Translations under genes and position numbers: made by a program
The notes under the pieces: model-generated
The model's input: only the letters and a program-made list of their open reading frames with translations
Databases searched by the model: none
Told to the model about the DNA's origin: nothing
Part shown: piece after piece, positions 14,780-61,420 of the stretch
Numbering within the stretch: position 1 is the first letter of the stretch
Layout of the letters: each line of letters opens with the position of its first letter
DNA from: the human T2T-CHM13v2.0 reference genome, Homo sapiens
Assembly: GCF_009914755.1 (NCBI RefSeq)
Contig: NC_060940.1
DNA length: 64,000 nt
Direction: 5' to 3' (one strand)

Positions 14780-15620
14780 CCAGTAGGGAGGGTGGGGACA
14801 GTGGCCGGCCCCGCCTGCCAGGGCGGGATCCTTGGCTACCTGGCCTGGCCGGGGACTGCGGGCGGGGGGCCGGGTGGCTCCGCCAGCGCTGCAGCTGGGG
14901 GCCGTCTGCTCGGGCTGCGGGCGGGCACACAATAGCAGCCATTGTCTCGGCCGGGGTGGCGGGGGGCCCGCCCAGCCCACCCTCCGGGTGACCCCCGCCC
15001 TGCGGGGGGTGGGAAGGGCAGGGCCCGGTCCCCCGAAGCCCCCGCCGCCCCGGTGGTCCCCGCGGCCGCCCCCGCGCGCTTCCTCCCTCGCCGCAGCCGC
15101 TTCCTCCCGCTCGCCCCGCTCTAATTAGTTCCTTTTGCAGCTGGAGGAGCCGCGCAGCGGCCGGTTCCGCGGCCACCCCCACCCCCCACCGACAACCCCA
15201 GCCCTCGCCCCAACCCCTGGGCCCTTGCGTGTGGGGGCGCTGCCCTGGGCGCATCCCAGGCTGAGTGCTCGAGAGACGCGGCCCTGGGCTCTGTGCACCC
15301 TCCACGCTGCGCTGTCCCACCGGGGGGAAACTGAGGAACGGAAGGCTCCACCAGGAGGCGCAGAGGGGCGTGGGGCCGGCGGGCCTTGCGCTGCGCCCGG
15401 GGAGCATCCACGGGGTGCCCCCACCTGACCGAGAGCCGGCTCCTGCCCTCGGGACCCCGCAGTAATTAGCACCCGGGCCTCTGGCTGAGCTTGTCCAGAG
15501 CCAGGCTGTCGGCCTTACGCTGGGGAGAGCCACGGCCACCCGCTCATGGGCACTCACTCAGGGTTCCCAGGTTGCAGGCCCGCTGCTCCCCGCTCTGGGC
15601 CTCCGAGGCTTTCAGGAGAG
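14780..15620. promoter_or_regulatory. Intragenic CpG island in GLIS2 intron 1 (candidate antisense or alternative promoter/enhancer)
   Basis: High CpG density; two TAATTAG homeobox-type motifs (15122, 15463). Confidence 0.7.
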
Positions 15621-17265
15621 CAGGAACCTAGCTCTCGCCTGCCCCCTTCACCCAGCCGGGAACAAAAGCACAGAGCAGAGCCCAGAACTGGCTGCTGCCG
15701 GTCGGGGCGGGGGTGGAAGGGGAGGCTTTAAGCCTGGCCAAGGTCAGAACTGAAGCAGGGTCACTGACCGTCTCCCCTCTGGGGTGGGGCCTCCATTGGA
15801 GGAAAAACTCTGGGTGGGGAGGGCCTGGAACAGGGATGCTGGGAGGTGTAGGGCTGGGGGCAGCTCCTTCCTTTCCCGGGGGCAGGGACGCAGGCCGTGT
15901 GCCGGGCTCTGGCCTGCATTGGAATGAACCCCTGCCTCCCTGGCAGGACCCAGTGGCAGGAAGTGTGTGGGGGTGCCCCTGGGGACTGGACCTGCTGATG
16001 AAGGGGGTGCATTGGAGTCCTCCCTCTGGCTTTGGGCCGTGTGGCTGGCCCCACCTGGGGAGACAGGCTCCTCCTGGGGAAGTGTCCCCTGCAGGCCCTA
16101 AGAACAAGGTGACTCAGGGCCCCTGGCTCCCCGAGTCCCCATCTGTCCTGGGAAGGCAGTGGGGCAGGTGCCAAAGGATGTTGCTTGGGCAGCGCTGCCA
16201 GTGAGTGTCCCCGTCAGCTGGAATTCCCAGTTCCCAAACCATCCTGCCCTTGTGGTCCCCTTCTCCGGAAGGGTGGGGGTGGGGGTGAGGACAGAGGCTG
16301 TGGGGAGGCCTGTGGCCCCAGGCCAGCCAAGGGACCAGGCCACCAGCCCTTCCTGGCTCCTGAATTCTTCATCAGCATAAATATTTACTTCCTTCCTCCC
16401 CGTCCAGGCTTCCAGCACAGAGGAGCTTCGGGGAGGCTGGATTGCGCCTGTGTCTAAAAATAAACAGGTAGCAGGACGATAGACACACAGATAGACAGAT
16501 GGAACTGGCAGGGGTTCAGGCAGAGGGCAACTCCCTGTCCAGCCAGAGAAACAGTGGAGGGGACCCTGGTCCATCCATCACTGTCACCCACCCACCTGCT
16601 AGCGGGGGTGTGGTCCCTACCCCACCGCATCTCTGGGAGCCCCTGGCCCATGCATGGCCTGGGAGGCAAATTCAAACAATCTGACAGCTCCAACGGGCGA
16701 ATCGCAGACCTAGGTCCCACGGCCTAGTGCAGCTGCCCTGGCTCTGATGATGCAGCCTTGGGAGAGGTGGGCAGCCCCCCTGTGCTGAGACCCCCGTGTC
16801 AGCCATGTTGGGGTGGGGTCTGGGGATGTGTCCCTAGAAGCAGAGGATCTCCAGTGAAGGGGGGACCATTTTATGCCCTACTTGCTTGGAGAGTCAGGGC
16901 AGAAGGGGAGGACGTGGGAGCTGCCTTCCTGTCCTGCCCTGTGGACAGCATCTCTCCCCACTCACAGGCTATGCTAGCCCCCAGGGAAACACACGGGGGC
17001 ATATCCAAAGTATTTCACCATGTAGTAGTTATGTCCACCATGGCCGCCCTTTGGTATTGAGTAAAGACCCCAATACCGCGAAAGACGGGATCTCACAGCG
17101 TGATTGTGCGGCAGTTAGATTTTCAAGTTGTAATAATCCCAATGAACAAACGCAAGGAAATGTCGTGTTTAACCGCGTAGGAAAAGATTGCTGCTCTGAA
17201 TGTGAAGTTTGGGTTTAGAATGAAGTGTTGACCTTGTTCTTGGGTCGGTGGATACTGTTAGATCA

Positions 17266-17910
<645 letters not shown>

Positions 17911-18076
17911 CTACCTGCCGGCCATTTCAGAGGATGCTCCTTGCCCCCTGGCCTGGTTCTAGATCTTTGGGGTCAAACAGGGCGGGAGTCCGGAGCATGG
18001 CTCCTGCTCTGTCAGAAAAGGCTGTTAGGACACGGCTAGCCAGTTCCCGGGAGATCTGGCTTCAGGCCTTGAATCT

Positions 18077-18886
<810 letters not shown>

Positions 18887-18952
18887 AATCTGATAGTTTT
18901 TCCACTTCTGAGCTCTGCGATCTGAGGCGATGCCTGTAAAAGACGCAGTTTC

Positions 18953-19250
<298 letters not shown>

Positions 19251-19572
19251 TTCAGTTTCATGGCAAAATGAAGAATGTGAGCTTTGTCTTCCCCAAGAGA
19301 CTCATGGGAAGCAGATGCGGAATCTCTGAGGAGGCTGTTGGCTCTCCCCCCATGATAGCTGCCGGCCAGGTCGCTCGGAGGGTCTCCCTACCCAGGAGAC
19401 AACCTCACACTGCCCCCTGCTCCTGCTCCTGTTAGACTGTCATGAGTACAGCCCGAGGAGAAGCCTGGGGTCTCAGTGCCACAGCACAGCTCCTGTCCTT
19501 CCCCAGGTTCCTGCGTGAAGACCAGCTGGGAGCCCACTGCCTGCTGCCACCTCCAACTCCGGCCCCCTCACC

Positions 19573-24816
<5,244 letters not shown>

Positions 24817-26866
24817 GCCCATCCTGCGGACAGTTGTGGTGCCCCCCCGGCAGCTCCCGGCACTGCCCCCGACGAACGGAAACTCTTCTGTGAAATAGCA
24901 ATAATGTCCTACTGCCCGGGCAGCCCCAGCCCAGCCCGCCGGGAGCAAGGATGGTGCTAGGTCATTCATGGCTGGCCTCCCAGCCCCCGGGTGGGGACCT
25001 GGCCTGTCATGCAGGGAGAGCTGTGCTCCTGGGTGCTGAAGCCTCGCTCCTGTCTGTCCCCCACCACCTGGCCCTCAGCTTCTGAGAGGCTTTCCCCTGC
25101 CCGACCTCCTCCCGTTTCCCTCTCCCACCCTGGCACCTCCCTCACCTAGTGACCACCCATGGCAAGTTGCCCTCTCCCAGCAGAGGGGGTGGGTGGGGTG
25201 GCATCTGCCCTCCCTGCTAGCACCAGGCTCCCCCTTCCTGAGAGGAGCCCCCAGGGACCAGAGGCCTGCCCTTCCCTCCTAGGCTTACCCAGCCCCTGCC
25301 CTGGGGGCTCCTTGGACCCCTTTCCCTCTGACCCTGCCTCCAGAGGGAAAGCAAGACAGATGCAGGCCCCTGCAAAGCCCCAGGTAGAAGCATGCCCCCC
25401 AGGACAAGGCGCCTCCCACTAGTTAGGAGGAGGCCCGCTCTGCAGCCGCCGTCCTCACCCCAGGCCAGGCCTGCAGTACCAGACGGGATAGCTGGCCACT
25501 CCACCCCTGCACCCCAGGGTCTCCTCCCTCTACCTTTTGGGGCACCCTGGGAGCGTGGGAAGCAGGTCCGAGGGCCCCTGAGCTGGCAAGGGGAGGTGCC
25601 AGGCCAGCTGTGGTGCCAAGATACTGAGTGACCTGGGCCCTGGCTCAGGGAGCATGTGGGGCCAGGCCCAGCGCCCCGTCTTCCTCCTTCTACCCCCGCT
25701 GGGCCTGGCCTGGGCAGCGCCCCCTGCAGAGGCCTTTGGGTCCTTGGTCCTGTAACAGGAAGGGGGAGGCTGGCTGGGGACGACCGACCACAGGCTGGGA
25801 CACAGCTCCTGGTCTGGGGGCTCCAAGTGACAGCATGCAGGGGAGGGGGCTCCCAGTCAGTGCTGTGTTGGGAGCTTTCTGGAGGCTGTGGACTGAAGGC
25901 CTTGAGGGAAGCAGTGGCTGGAGGAGGGTGCTGGACCCATGACACGTTGCTTCCTCTGGCTTTTCCCTGCTGGGCCGCTTTCTCAGAGGCACTTCCCCAC
26001 CCCTAACACCCAGTGGGCCCCCCCAGGTTCTGTGCCACTCAGAGGGACCCTGGCAGGGGCCAGAACCACTTAAGGGTGGTGCTGGAGGGCCTTGTGCCCC
26101 AGTCCCATCCCAGGACGCCCTGAGGGATGGACGCAGCCATGCACCCCCCATCTGGGGCCTCTCCCTGCTCCCTCTCCCACCTGGCAGCTGGGAGTTCTGG
26201 CTTCTAGGCCTGCCCTGTCACCAGGCCTCTGAGTGGCCAGGCCCTTCCACCTCCCCATCTGTAAAACGAGGCAGCTGCCCGGACAGCCTTGGGGTCCTTA
26301 GTGGCCCTGCAGGTCCTCTGGCAGCTCTGCTGACCCCACCCTCTCCCGGACTGCCCTTCTGTCCCAGAGGGGTCACCCTGACCCGGCCCACCTTGCCACT
26401 GGGCTTTGGACTCCAGCCCTGACAGGGCCCAGCCACACTGGCTCTGCCCCTCGAAGGGGCTATGAGCAAGGTAGGAGGGAGCTGGTCTCCTTTCTTCGGG
26501 CCCCACCCAGGCCCTGAGCACCCCCCACCCCTGTGAGGGCCCCAGGCCTTAAGTCCCTGGCGGGGTCATGGGTTTGCGACTTGAGCAGAGCGGAGGAACA
26601 GGGCACTGGAAGGCCGACGAGCTCAGCATGCGACTCGGTGACGGACCAGGCTCGGCAGGGCCGGTGTACTTTTTGTGGTTGTCATTGGTGTGTTGTTGCA
26701 CATTCCAGGACGTCAGTATTTTAACAGGTTCTAAGTGCCTTTCTATCGTAGCTTATGTTTTCCTCCTCTTGGCTCCATTGCTGTTAGCATAGAGTTTTAA
26801 AAAAAGAGATAAGCTAATGACTATAACAATATATTCCTCCATGGGAGAGGAAGTTTATAAAGAAAC

Positions 26867-26872
26867 AATAAA
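26867..26872 (+). terminator. GLIS2: GLIS2 polyadenylation signal AATAAA (3' UTR ~2.07 kb)
   Basis: AATAAA in an AU-rich block, followed by GU-rich sequence. Confidence 0.8.
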
Positions 26873-27555
26873 AGTGAGTTGCAAAGATGGCTTGTATGTC
26901 GTGGATGTGCCAGGAACCCGGCCCTGACATGAGGCCACCACTGCCCTGAGCCCCTGCAGGCCTGATCCGGGCTTTCTCCCCGACCCTGCAGGTGCCCCTC
27001 CCTCTCAATCTGCCGCTTAGAGCAGGAACTGGAAGGTTGGGAAGGAGGTAGGTGCTGAGGGCGCACAGGTGACAGGAACTGAGACAGAAGATTCCAGGCG
27101 GAGCATCCCAAGGTCCAAGTCCTCAGCCCACTACTGCCCGCTGCGGCTTTGGAAAGTGGTGGGCAAAGGCCCTTCTCCCCCCAGCCACATTCTGGGGTAC
27201 TGTGCCCAGATTACTGAGGTGCTAGGTTCAAACCTGCCCCAGGGACAGGGTGGCTGCCGACAAGAGCTCTGGGGCCAGGAGACCGCCACCCCGTGGGAGG
27301 GGCAGGGGCGCTATGGGAGGGACCCTCACCCTGGCACGGGTGCTGTGGAAGCAGGAGCGGCTGCATCCTGTACGTGACAGGACTCAGCTGGAGCCCACTG
27401 GCTGGCTGCCCGCCAACCTTACCCAGCCCGGCCCTTCTGGGCTGTTAAAGGCTGCTGCCTCCCCATCTCCAGCACCCACAGCCCTGCAACCGGCAGGAGG
27501 AGCAACCTGCCTTCTGGAATCTGGACACATGCAAACAAGAAATGCAGAAAAGAAA

Positions 27556-27561
27556 TTTATT
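27556..27561 (-). terminator. PAM16: PAM16 polyadenylation signal AATAAA
   Basis: TTTATT on + strand, ~50 nt past the PAM16 stop. Confidence 0.85.
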
Positions 27562-27610
27562 ACCAAGCTATAAATTAGAGGCGGCGGGGTGGGCGGGGGG
27601 AGCCGAGCAG

Positions 27611-40406
<12,796 letters not shown>

Positions 40407-41227
40407 GGCAGCCGCTCTGCCTCCGGGGCTCAAACTCCGACTTCCTGGCCCCGCGGCCGGGGATCAAGCGTGGTCGGCGGGTCAGAGGTCAAGGAAAGCC
40501 GCAGAGAGCGCGTGCGCGATACGGCGCTGGGCATGCGCATTGCCTCAGTCTAAGGGCGGGCCACCGGGAGCGTCTTAGCGGCTCGGGGCGGGGTCGGAGG
40601 CGGGGTTTGACTGAGCCTGCGTCGGGCTCTGGATAACTGGGGGCGGGCTTGGGAGGGCGAGGGGCGTTACCGGGAGTCTCAATTGCCCGCGTGCTTACCC
40701 CAGTGCGCTGGAGCAGCTAAGCACATCGGTCAGACGTGGGGCGATTTCTGCCCTTGATTTTGCCAAAATATTTGGGAATGCAACATTATATGAAATCAAT
40801 GAACATAATATGGAGTAGGATGCTAAATTCTCAAAAATACTTTAGAAAATAGAAAACTTCAAAATAGGTTTCATCCACATTCCTCCTGCCTGAGAAGCTC
40901 GTTCCCTTCTTCAAATCTTTGCTCAAATGTCACCTCAATGAGGCCCACCTGGACCCCTTAAAACGCCGTGACTTGCCCTCCATGAATGAAAAAAGTAACA
41001 GCTTTATTGAGATATAATCCATACACTGTAGATTTCATGATTTTCAAGTGCACAGTCCAATGCCTTTTATTCACAGAGCTGTGCCACTGTCACCACTATT
41101 AGTTCCAGAACGTTTTCATCACCCATTAGTCACTCCCCAGCCCCCTCCCCCAGCCCCTGTCAACCACTCATTTTTCTCTCTATGGATTCACAGGTTCCGG
41201 ACATTTCATAGAAATGGAATCATACAA

Positions 41228-43466
<2,239 letters not shown>

Positions 43467-43733
43467 TAAGGAGGCTGTAAGAAGCTGAAGGTCCTTGCAA
43501 GACCTTATCTCTCCTGTCCTTTATAGCATCCCGCCATCCAGAGCACTGCCAGGAACCTGCATGGTGAGCGAATGACTCCCAGCAGTGCGCAGGTGATTGG
43601 GCCTTGGGACCAGAGTGAGGCTGAGATAAAGGGGAGCCCAGGGCCAGACCCCTGTCACCCACATTCCTGTCCCCTTCCCTTTCCAGCCAGCCCAGAGACC
43701 ACAGCAGCACAAGAGGTGGCCAGCTTAAAAAAG

Positions 43734-43739
43734 TTTAAT
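43734..43739 (-). terminator. CORO7: CORO7 polyadenylation signal ATTAAA (variant)
   Basis: TTTAAT on + strand, ~600 nt past the CORO7 stop. Confidence 0.7.
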
Positions 43740-44332
43740 TGCTGAAAACATCCAAGGCAGGTGCGGGCCAGTCCCTGCGGGGCTCACACCCCCCTTATTG
43801 GACCATCAGCTCTGTGATGCCCCCTTCTCCTGGCTACAAACCTGGGAAGTAGGGCAGCTGGTCCCAGGGCCCTGAGACTGGTGCTGCTCTAGAAGGCCTG
43901 GTGGGGGGCCAGCCCCCAAGGCCCTTGACCAGAACTGGAACAGCAGGCAAGATGGGGCAGCGTGGGGTGACCAAAGATCCTGGATGAGGCCAATCCAGGC
44001 TGGGACCAGCCCAGGTCAGCAGTGAGACCAGGGGAGACAGGGTGCCCAGGGCCTGCCCAGGGACATGCTGCTGACCCCCCGCCACCCTGCACCCCTGGCC
44101 ACATGCTAGCGGGCAGCTGATGAGCAGCAGCTGACCCCAGAGACAGCAGAGGTGAAAACAGTCCCTGGGAACTGCCAGAGGCCCAGAGGATGTGGAAGTG
44201 CCCACGGGAAGGCAGGAGTGCAGGGGTGACATGTGCCGGGGCCAGAGAGGTATCTTCCAGCTTGAGGATGAGCCGTGAGGTGTGCACTAGGAAGTGGCAG
44301 CACAGGTGAGGTGGAGGTGACGGGGGCGCAGG

Positions 44333-54719
<10,387 letters not shown>

Positions 54720-55710
54720 CTGGGGAAGAGAGGGCAAGATGGCGGGTCAGGGCAGTGGGAGGGCTGCCAGACTCGTAACCCCATGTAGGAGCCCAGGACA
54801 GGCACCACAGTGACTGGGAGCCGCTTGGCCATCCAGCCATGTTCAGCCTGGTCCCCAGGAACCCCCTCCTCTTCCTGAGCTTCCCACATGCCCAACACAC
54901 GCCCACACCCCAGCTGCTCCTCCCCAGGGCCTCCACCTGCACACCTGCGTCACTCCAGGACTGGAGTGGGCACAGGGGAACTCGGGCCCGATCTCAGCCA
55001 CAGCTCTTCCTCCAAGAAGACCCCACATGCATTCTGTGCCCCTCCCACCTTCGACAGCCTAGACATCAGGCCAGCATTGCCAGGGAAGGTGGAGAGGTGA
55101 GGCCGGAGGCGAGGAGCCTCCCGTCCCCACTCGGCACTGCCTGTGGACAGGCAGCATCCGGGAGCAGTGCAGGCAGCCCTGCCGTTCCGAATCTGCACTA
55201 AGGTTTGGGGCCCTCTACTCAGTTACCCCACGTTTCCTGTGCCTCAGTGATATCTTGGAAGCTCAGAGACCCCCCCATGCTGAGTTAAAGTTCCTGTGTC
55301 CAAATCTGAGCCACGTGCCCGGGAGAAGGGGCTCCTCCGGCCGCTGGGCTTCCCTGCACACCCCAGGCCTGCTGCCCCGGCCGAGCCTGCCAGCAGCATG
55401 CTCCCAGGCCTTCTCTGGTCTCGAGGCAGGAGCAGGGCGGGGTGGCAGCTGGGAATAGAGTGGGCGGGCCGGAAGCCCCCAGAGCCCCTGCCACTCTATG
55501 TCCAGCTCAGCCTTGGCCAACTGCCTGTCACTGGCCAGGGCTTTATGCCTCCCTCCCGGGGCCCCTCAGAGACCCCTGCACAGCCCCTCAGCCCTGTGAG
55601 AGCTGCCTTCCCACTCCAGGGCCTTTTGAGGGGAATGGGGACCTGGAAGGACTCTGACAGATGCCCAGATGTCCAGTTGCCTTCCTGTGTTTCTTGCTCC
55701 TGATCTTTGC

Positions 55711-56017
<307 letters not shown>

Positions 56018-56549
56018 TCTTGGTTTCTTGTTTGTGGGACCTGCAGGCCTGGACCCTCCCAACCCAGACACTGACACCCTTAAACAGGACCCCGTCCTCA
56101 CTGTGTTGCCAGGGTCAGAGGTCACCCAGCTGTGGCAGCTGCCTCTATCCCTCACTGCGGTGACAAAGGGCCCAGCCGCCCTCCACTGTCCACCCATCCC
56201 CTCCTGCCAGCCGACCACTAAGCAGTCCTGCCCACCTCCCCTCCCCACACTTCCAGGAGCCACAGAGTGGCTGGGAAGCTGGGTGGGGCCCTGGGTGTCT
56301 CCATGACTTCCTGGAGTGCCTTGGGCTGGTCACCTCTGAGTAACACAGGCCCCTAATTACTGAGGGCCCAGCAGGGTGAGCCGGGCTCAGCAATGCCCTT
56401 TGCATCCCGGCCTGACCACTGCTTGTAGTGGTGGAGGCGGAGGCGGAGGGTAGGGGACCAAGGTGGTGCGTGACCTGGAGTGCCCTCCACACTGACACTG
56501 GCTCCACTGGGGCCGGAAGCAAGTCCCTTCAGCAGCTTTGACAGGGCTT

Positions 56550-57080
56550 TCACTCATTCATTCGTTCACAATCATTCACTCCTTTGATGAGCTGGTCTGT
56601 GCCTGGTCCTCGGCTCGACCTGCATGTAGGTATGCCCAGAGATGAGTGCAACAGACCCTGCCTCTGTCCTCAAGGTGCTCACAGCCTAGCACAAGAGGCA
56701 GACAGACACAATCCCATAGACAAACATGTGAAGGGAAGGTTCACCGAGGACACACAGTGACAGAGCAGGGGGACTGGGCCTCAGCAGTGGGGGAAGGGGT
56801 GATCCCTGCGATCCCAAGGTCATGCAGAAATCAAACACCTCACAGGAAGAGAGTTTCAGAGAGAACACAACCTGTGCAAAGGTCCTGTGGCAGGTGGGTT
56901 CATGGCCTGTTTGAGGAACAAGATGGACAATGTGCCTGACAGCCTGGACAGTGTGGGTGAGGGCTGAGGCTCCGGATGGGCAGGTGGAGGCTAGACGGGA
57001 AGGGGCCTGGTGCATGTGGGGAGGGGGAGTTCTGCCTCCAGTGGACGAGCAATGAAAAGGTGACGGTGCGTTTCAAGCAA
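56550..57080 (-). mobile_element. L2 relic
   Basis: CACTCATTCATTCGTTCA..GCTCACAGCCTAG..CCTGTGCAAAGGTCCTGTGGCAGG..GTTTGAGGAAC L2 motifs. Confidence 0.6.
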
Positions 57081-57088
57081 AAGAGGCT

Positions 57089-57990
<902 letters not shown>

Positions 57991-60819
57991 ATAAAAATAG
58001 AAAGAGGATAGGACCAGACTGGCACAGAGTAGGGATCACACTGGCTGCTGGGGGCACAGGCTGGGAGGAGTGGAAACAGGTGCCAGGACAGAAGCTGAGG
58101 GCAAGTAGGATAGGCAGGTCTCCTGTGGCCCCTCTGCTGCCCTTATGAGAGGTGGGAAACAGGCCTGGGGCCACCTCATGGCATCAGAGGCTCACCTGTG
58201 CGCTGAGCCAACTGCCTGAGGAGGCCTGGTGCTCAGCCTCCCTCACCCCCGTTCCATCGTCCCAGCCAGCCAGCCACTGACTCAGGAGCTGAGGCCGAGG
58301 GGGCAGGAAGTCAGGGAGGGCAGGGCTGGCTCCTCTGACAGGTCAGGCCAGTCTTCCTTGCCTCAGGCAGAGCCATCTGGACAACACTGCCAGGCAGGGG
58401 CATCCTGTCTGCCGTGGCACGGGCCAAGAAATGGGGTCATGGCACCCAGCCCCAAAGGTTGGCCAAGTGTTGGCATGGGCCTGACCCCAGGCTATGTGAA
58501 GAGAGCCAAGCTGGGTCTGGGTCCGGAACATGGTACATGAGCCCCAGCCAGGCAGAGGGCCAGAGGTGGTAAGAGGTATTGCCGGCACCTCTCCTGCTGG
58601 AATCTGGGCCTGCCACTGGGAAGGGCTCTGACCCTGACCCAGGTCCAGGGGTCTGTCCCAGGCATAAAGTTATAGAAGGTCTAAAGCCCAGATCTGCCCC
58701 CGCCCCTCAGCCAGGTCCCAGGAGCTAGAAGACAACCTCAGTACCAACTGGGAGGCACGAGCAGTTTCAGCCTCCGGATAAGCCCCGCCAGCTCTCCCAG
58801 GACTCCTGTGATTAGCACCGAGGGGAAGCACCAAGGGTGTGCTTGCTACAAGGAGCAGCTGCAAGGCTCCTCCTCTGTCCTCCCCTCCAGCCCATCCCTC
58901 CCGCTCAGGCCCCTTCCCACCAACCCAGACATTCTGCCATTGCGCCAGTTCAAAGCAGGCTGGGTCCCTTGGATCTGTCCCTATCACCCAGGCTGGAGAG
59001 TTAGTTAGGATCCTTTGACCCCCCTCCACCCCCACAGCCCCTAGCTCCCCCGCTGTGTGCAGACTGCTGGTAACCAGGTTCTAAAGGCGGGTGGCACCTT
59101 GAAACCATACAAGGCAATGTTGGATAAACTGAGAGGGGTCTCCTAAAAGCTTCCCTTGAGCCTCTGGGTAAGTGGGGACCTGTGTAAGGCCAGGGCACAG
59201 GATTGGGGCAGGGGGTGAACACCAGGCAGATGGGGTCTCTCCGTCTACAAGAACCTGCCACAGAGGTGAGAAGCTTCAAGGACATCAGGAGGTCCTGTTC
59301 CTTGAGGAAAGCCAGGCTGGAGGCTCTTGGAGCCCTCTTTACCCCTGACCCTGGGCATCTGTGGATGCTTCTGAGGGCTTCAGAGGACACAGGGCCAAGG
59401 GAAGAGGCAGGGAAACAGTCCGACAAGAGGCTGCACAGCACTGATTGGAAACTCAGATGGTTCTGGGGCCGGGCAGGAAACTCAAGTGAGTGGACAGCTT
59501 GGCAGGAGGCAGCAGGGAGTGGTGGGGACTGGGGTGACCCATGAGCCCACATTTTGGCAGAGGGAGCAACCGCCACTCAGCCCCAGCTGAGAGTTCCTGT
59601 TCAATGCAAGCTGGGAAGCCCCATTTTAATATGAAACCACCTGATTTTTCAATGTTAGCAGTGCCTTCAAAGTTGTAAAAACTCCCATAAAGCCTGCACT
59701 AAATGCACCCAAAGGCCAGCCCCAACCCAGGAACAGAGGTCCGCAAGCCATGCCCTAATCCATGTAGACCGAGAAACGTATGGGTTGTGGAGCCCTGCCA
59801 GCCCTGGAAAGGGGCCCTGTGGGGAGAGGGCCCTGTGGACGGGAGGTCCAGAAGGTGACTGTCCCAGCCAGGCCCTGCTTAGCCCTTGACGGCTAGACAC
59901 AGAGGCCATCCTGCCTTCTGGAGATAACTGAGTCCTCCAGAGACTAGGAAACCCTCCAGCTGGTGTGGCCCAGCCTCCCAGGGATAAGCCTTCAGGCCCC
60001 CCAAAGACTAGAGCTAGCCCAGCCAAGGGCCTTGGCTACAGGCCGGGCTGGAGGGGGTGTGGGTGTCCCAAGGCTCTCCGGAAGTCAGGAGCTGAGCTGG
60101 GCCCCCAAAGGCTCTGAGGCATGACTGACCACAAACGCGGAGGGGGAGGAGGGCAGAGTGTTTTCCTGGAATCCTCCAAGGCAGGGGATTTTTCTGGACT
60201 AGTCCGGCCCCTGGCACCCGCCCCTCCTGCCCAATCAAGGGCCACTGTCAACTGCAGCCCAGGCCCCACCCACCGACGGTGACCACCCCTATGCCTCCAC
60301 AGCTCAGGCTTGAAGCTGCCAGTAACTGTGGGGCCGTGGGCAGACCACCACTGCCCTCCCTGACACAGCCCCTTCATCTCATAATATGGTGGGGAAGAGA
60401 GTCCAGGGCTGCTCACAACTCTTAAGGCTGTCGTGGCTAAGAGGACCCTGAGCTCAGATTTGGCATTGGAGTTTATACTTAGGAGGCTCTTGAAAGGGCT
60501 TTGTGTGGGCTGCCAGGAGTTTTTTGAAATTGGGATTAGCTACCAACAATAACACATTGAGAGATTTCACCTAAAAATCTGGATTTCCAGTTTCTCTTCA
60601 AAAATCCAAAGCTCTAGCTGGCCCGGGCTGGTCATGAGGACTCAGCCCTTACCAGCCCCACTCCCGCCATCCTGCCTCTCCAGGGCCGCAGAGGCCCTGG
60701 GGTGGACTTCTGGCATTTGTCACCTGCCTGGTGCCTCATAGGCATCTGGGCTGTGACGCTTAGGATTCCTAAATAGTCTCTCGCTTTTTACACAAAAAGC
60801 AGAAACCTGCCCAGTGTCA

Positions 60820-61420
60820 TCCGGCAAACCCACGACGGGCAAGGTCTCCCCGCGCAGGTCAGGTGGCCGCAGGGTGAGGGCCAGGGCAACCCGGCCCACG
60901 AGCCCCTCGGTGGGGAAGGGGCGTGTCTCCACGCGGCTCCGCCCCGGCCAATGGGGAGAGGCCCCGCCCCTGCCGCGGCGGGCCCGCCCCCCGGGACTCT
61001 TAAGGCGCGACCTGCCTCCAGCGAGCCGACTCCGGAGCCCGAGCCCGGGGCGGGTGGACGCGGACTCGAACGCAGTTGCTTCGGGACCCAGGACCCCCTC
61101 GGGCCCGACCCGCCAGGAAAGACTGAGGCCGCGGCCTGCCCCGCCCGGCTCCCTGCGCCGCCGCCGCCTCCCGGTGAGTTTCTGTGGGGCTGGGGGGCTG
61201 CGGGCGGGGAAGGGGGCGCCACGGCCAGGCTGTGCACACGCGCGGGGACCGCCGCCGCGCGCACACACGCACTCTCGGGCGGGACCGCGGCCCCAGCCCC
61301 GCACGGTCACCTGGGCCGCCCGGCGGGCAGGCCCTGTACGCTCCCTCCCCCGCCGTCCTGGGGCGCCGACAGCCCCGCGGCCGGCCAGGGTGCGCGCCTG
61401 AGTGTGCGGTGAGCCCGCGA
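60820..61420 (+). promoter_or_regulatory. VASN: VASN CpG-island promoter: GC boxes (60939, 60964, 60984), CCAAT (60948-60952), TATA-like TTAAGG (61000-61005)
   Basis: Canonical ordering of elements ~25-90 bp upstream of exon 1. Confidence 0.75.
61028..61173 (+). other. VASN: VASN (vasorin) non-coding exon 1; the coding exon lies downstream of the window; nested antisense in a CORO7 intron
   Basis: Matches my recollection of the VASN mRNA 5' leader (GACTCCGGAGCCCGAG..GCCGCCGCCTCCCG); strong donor CCG|GTGAGT; known nesting of VASN in CORO7. Confidence 0.8.
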
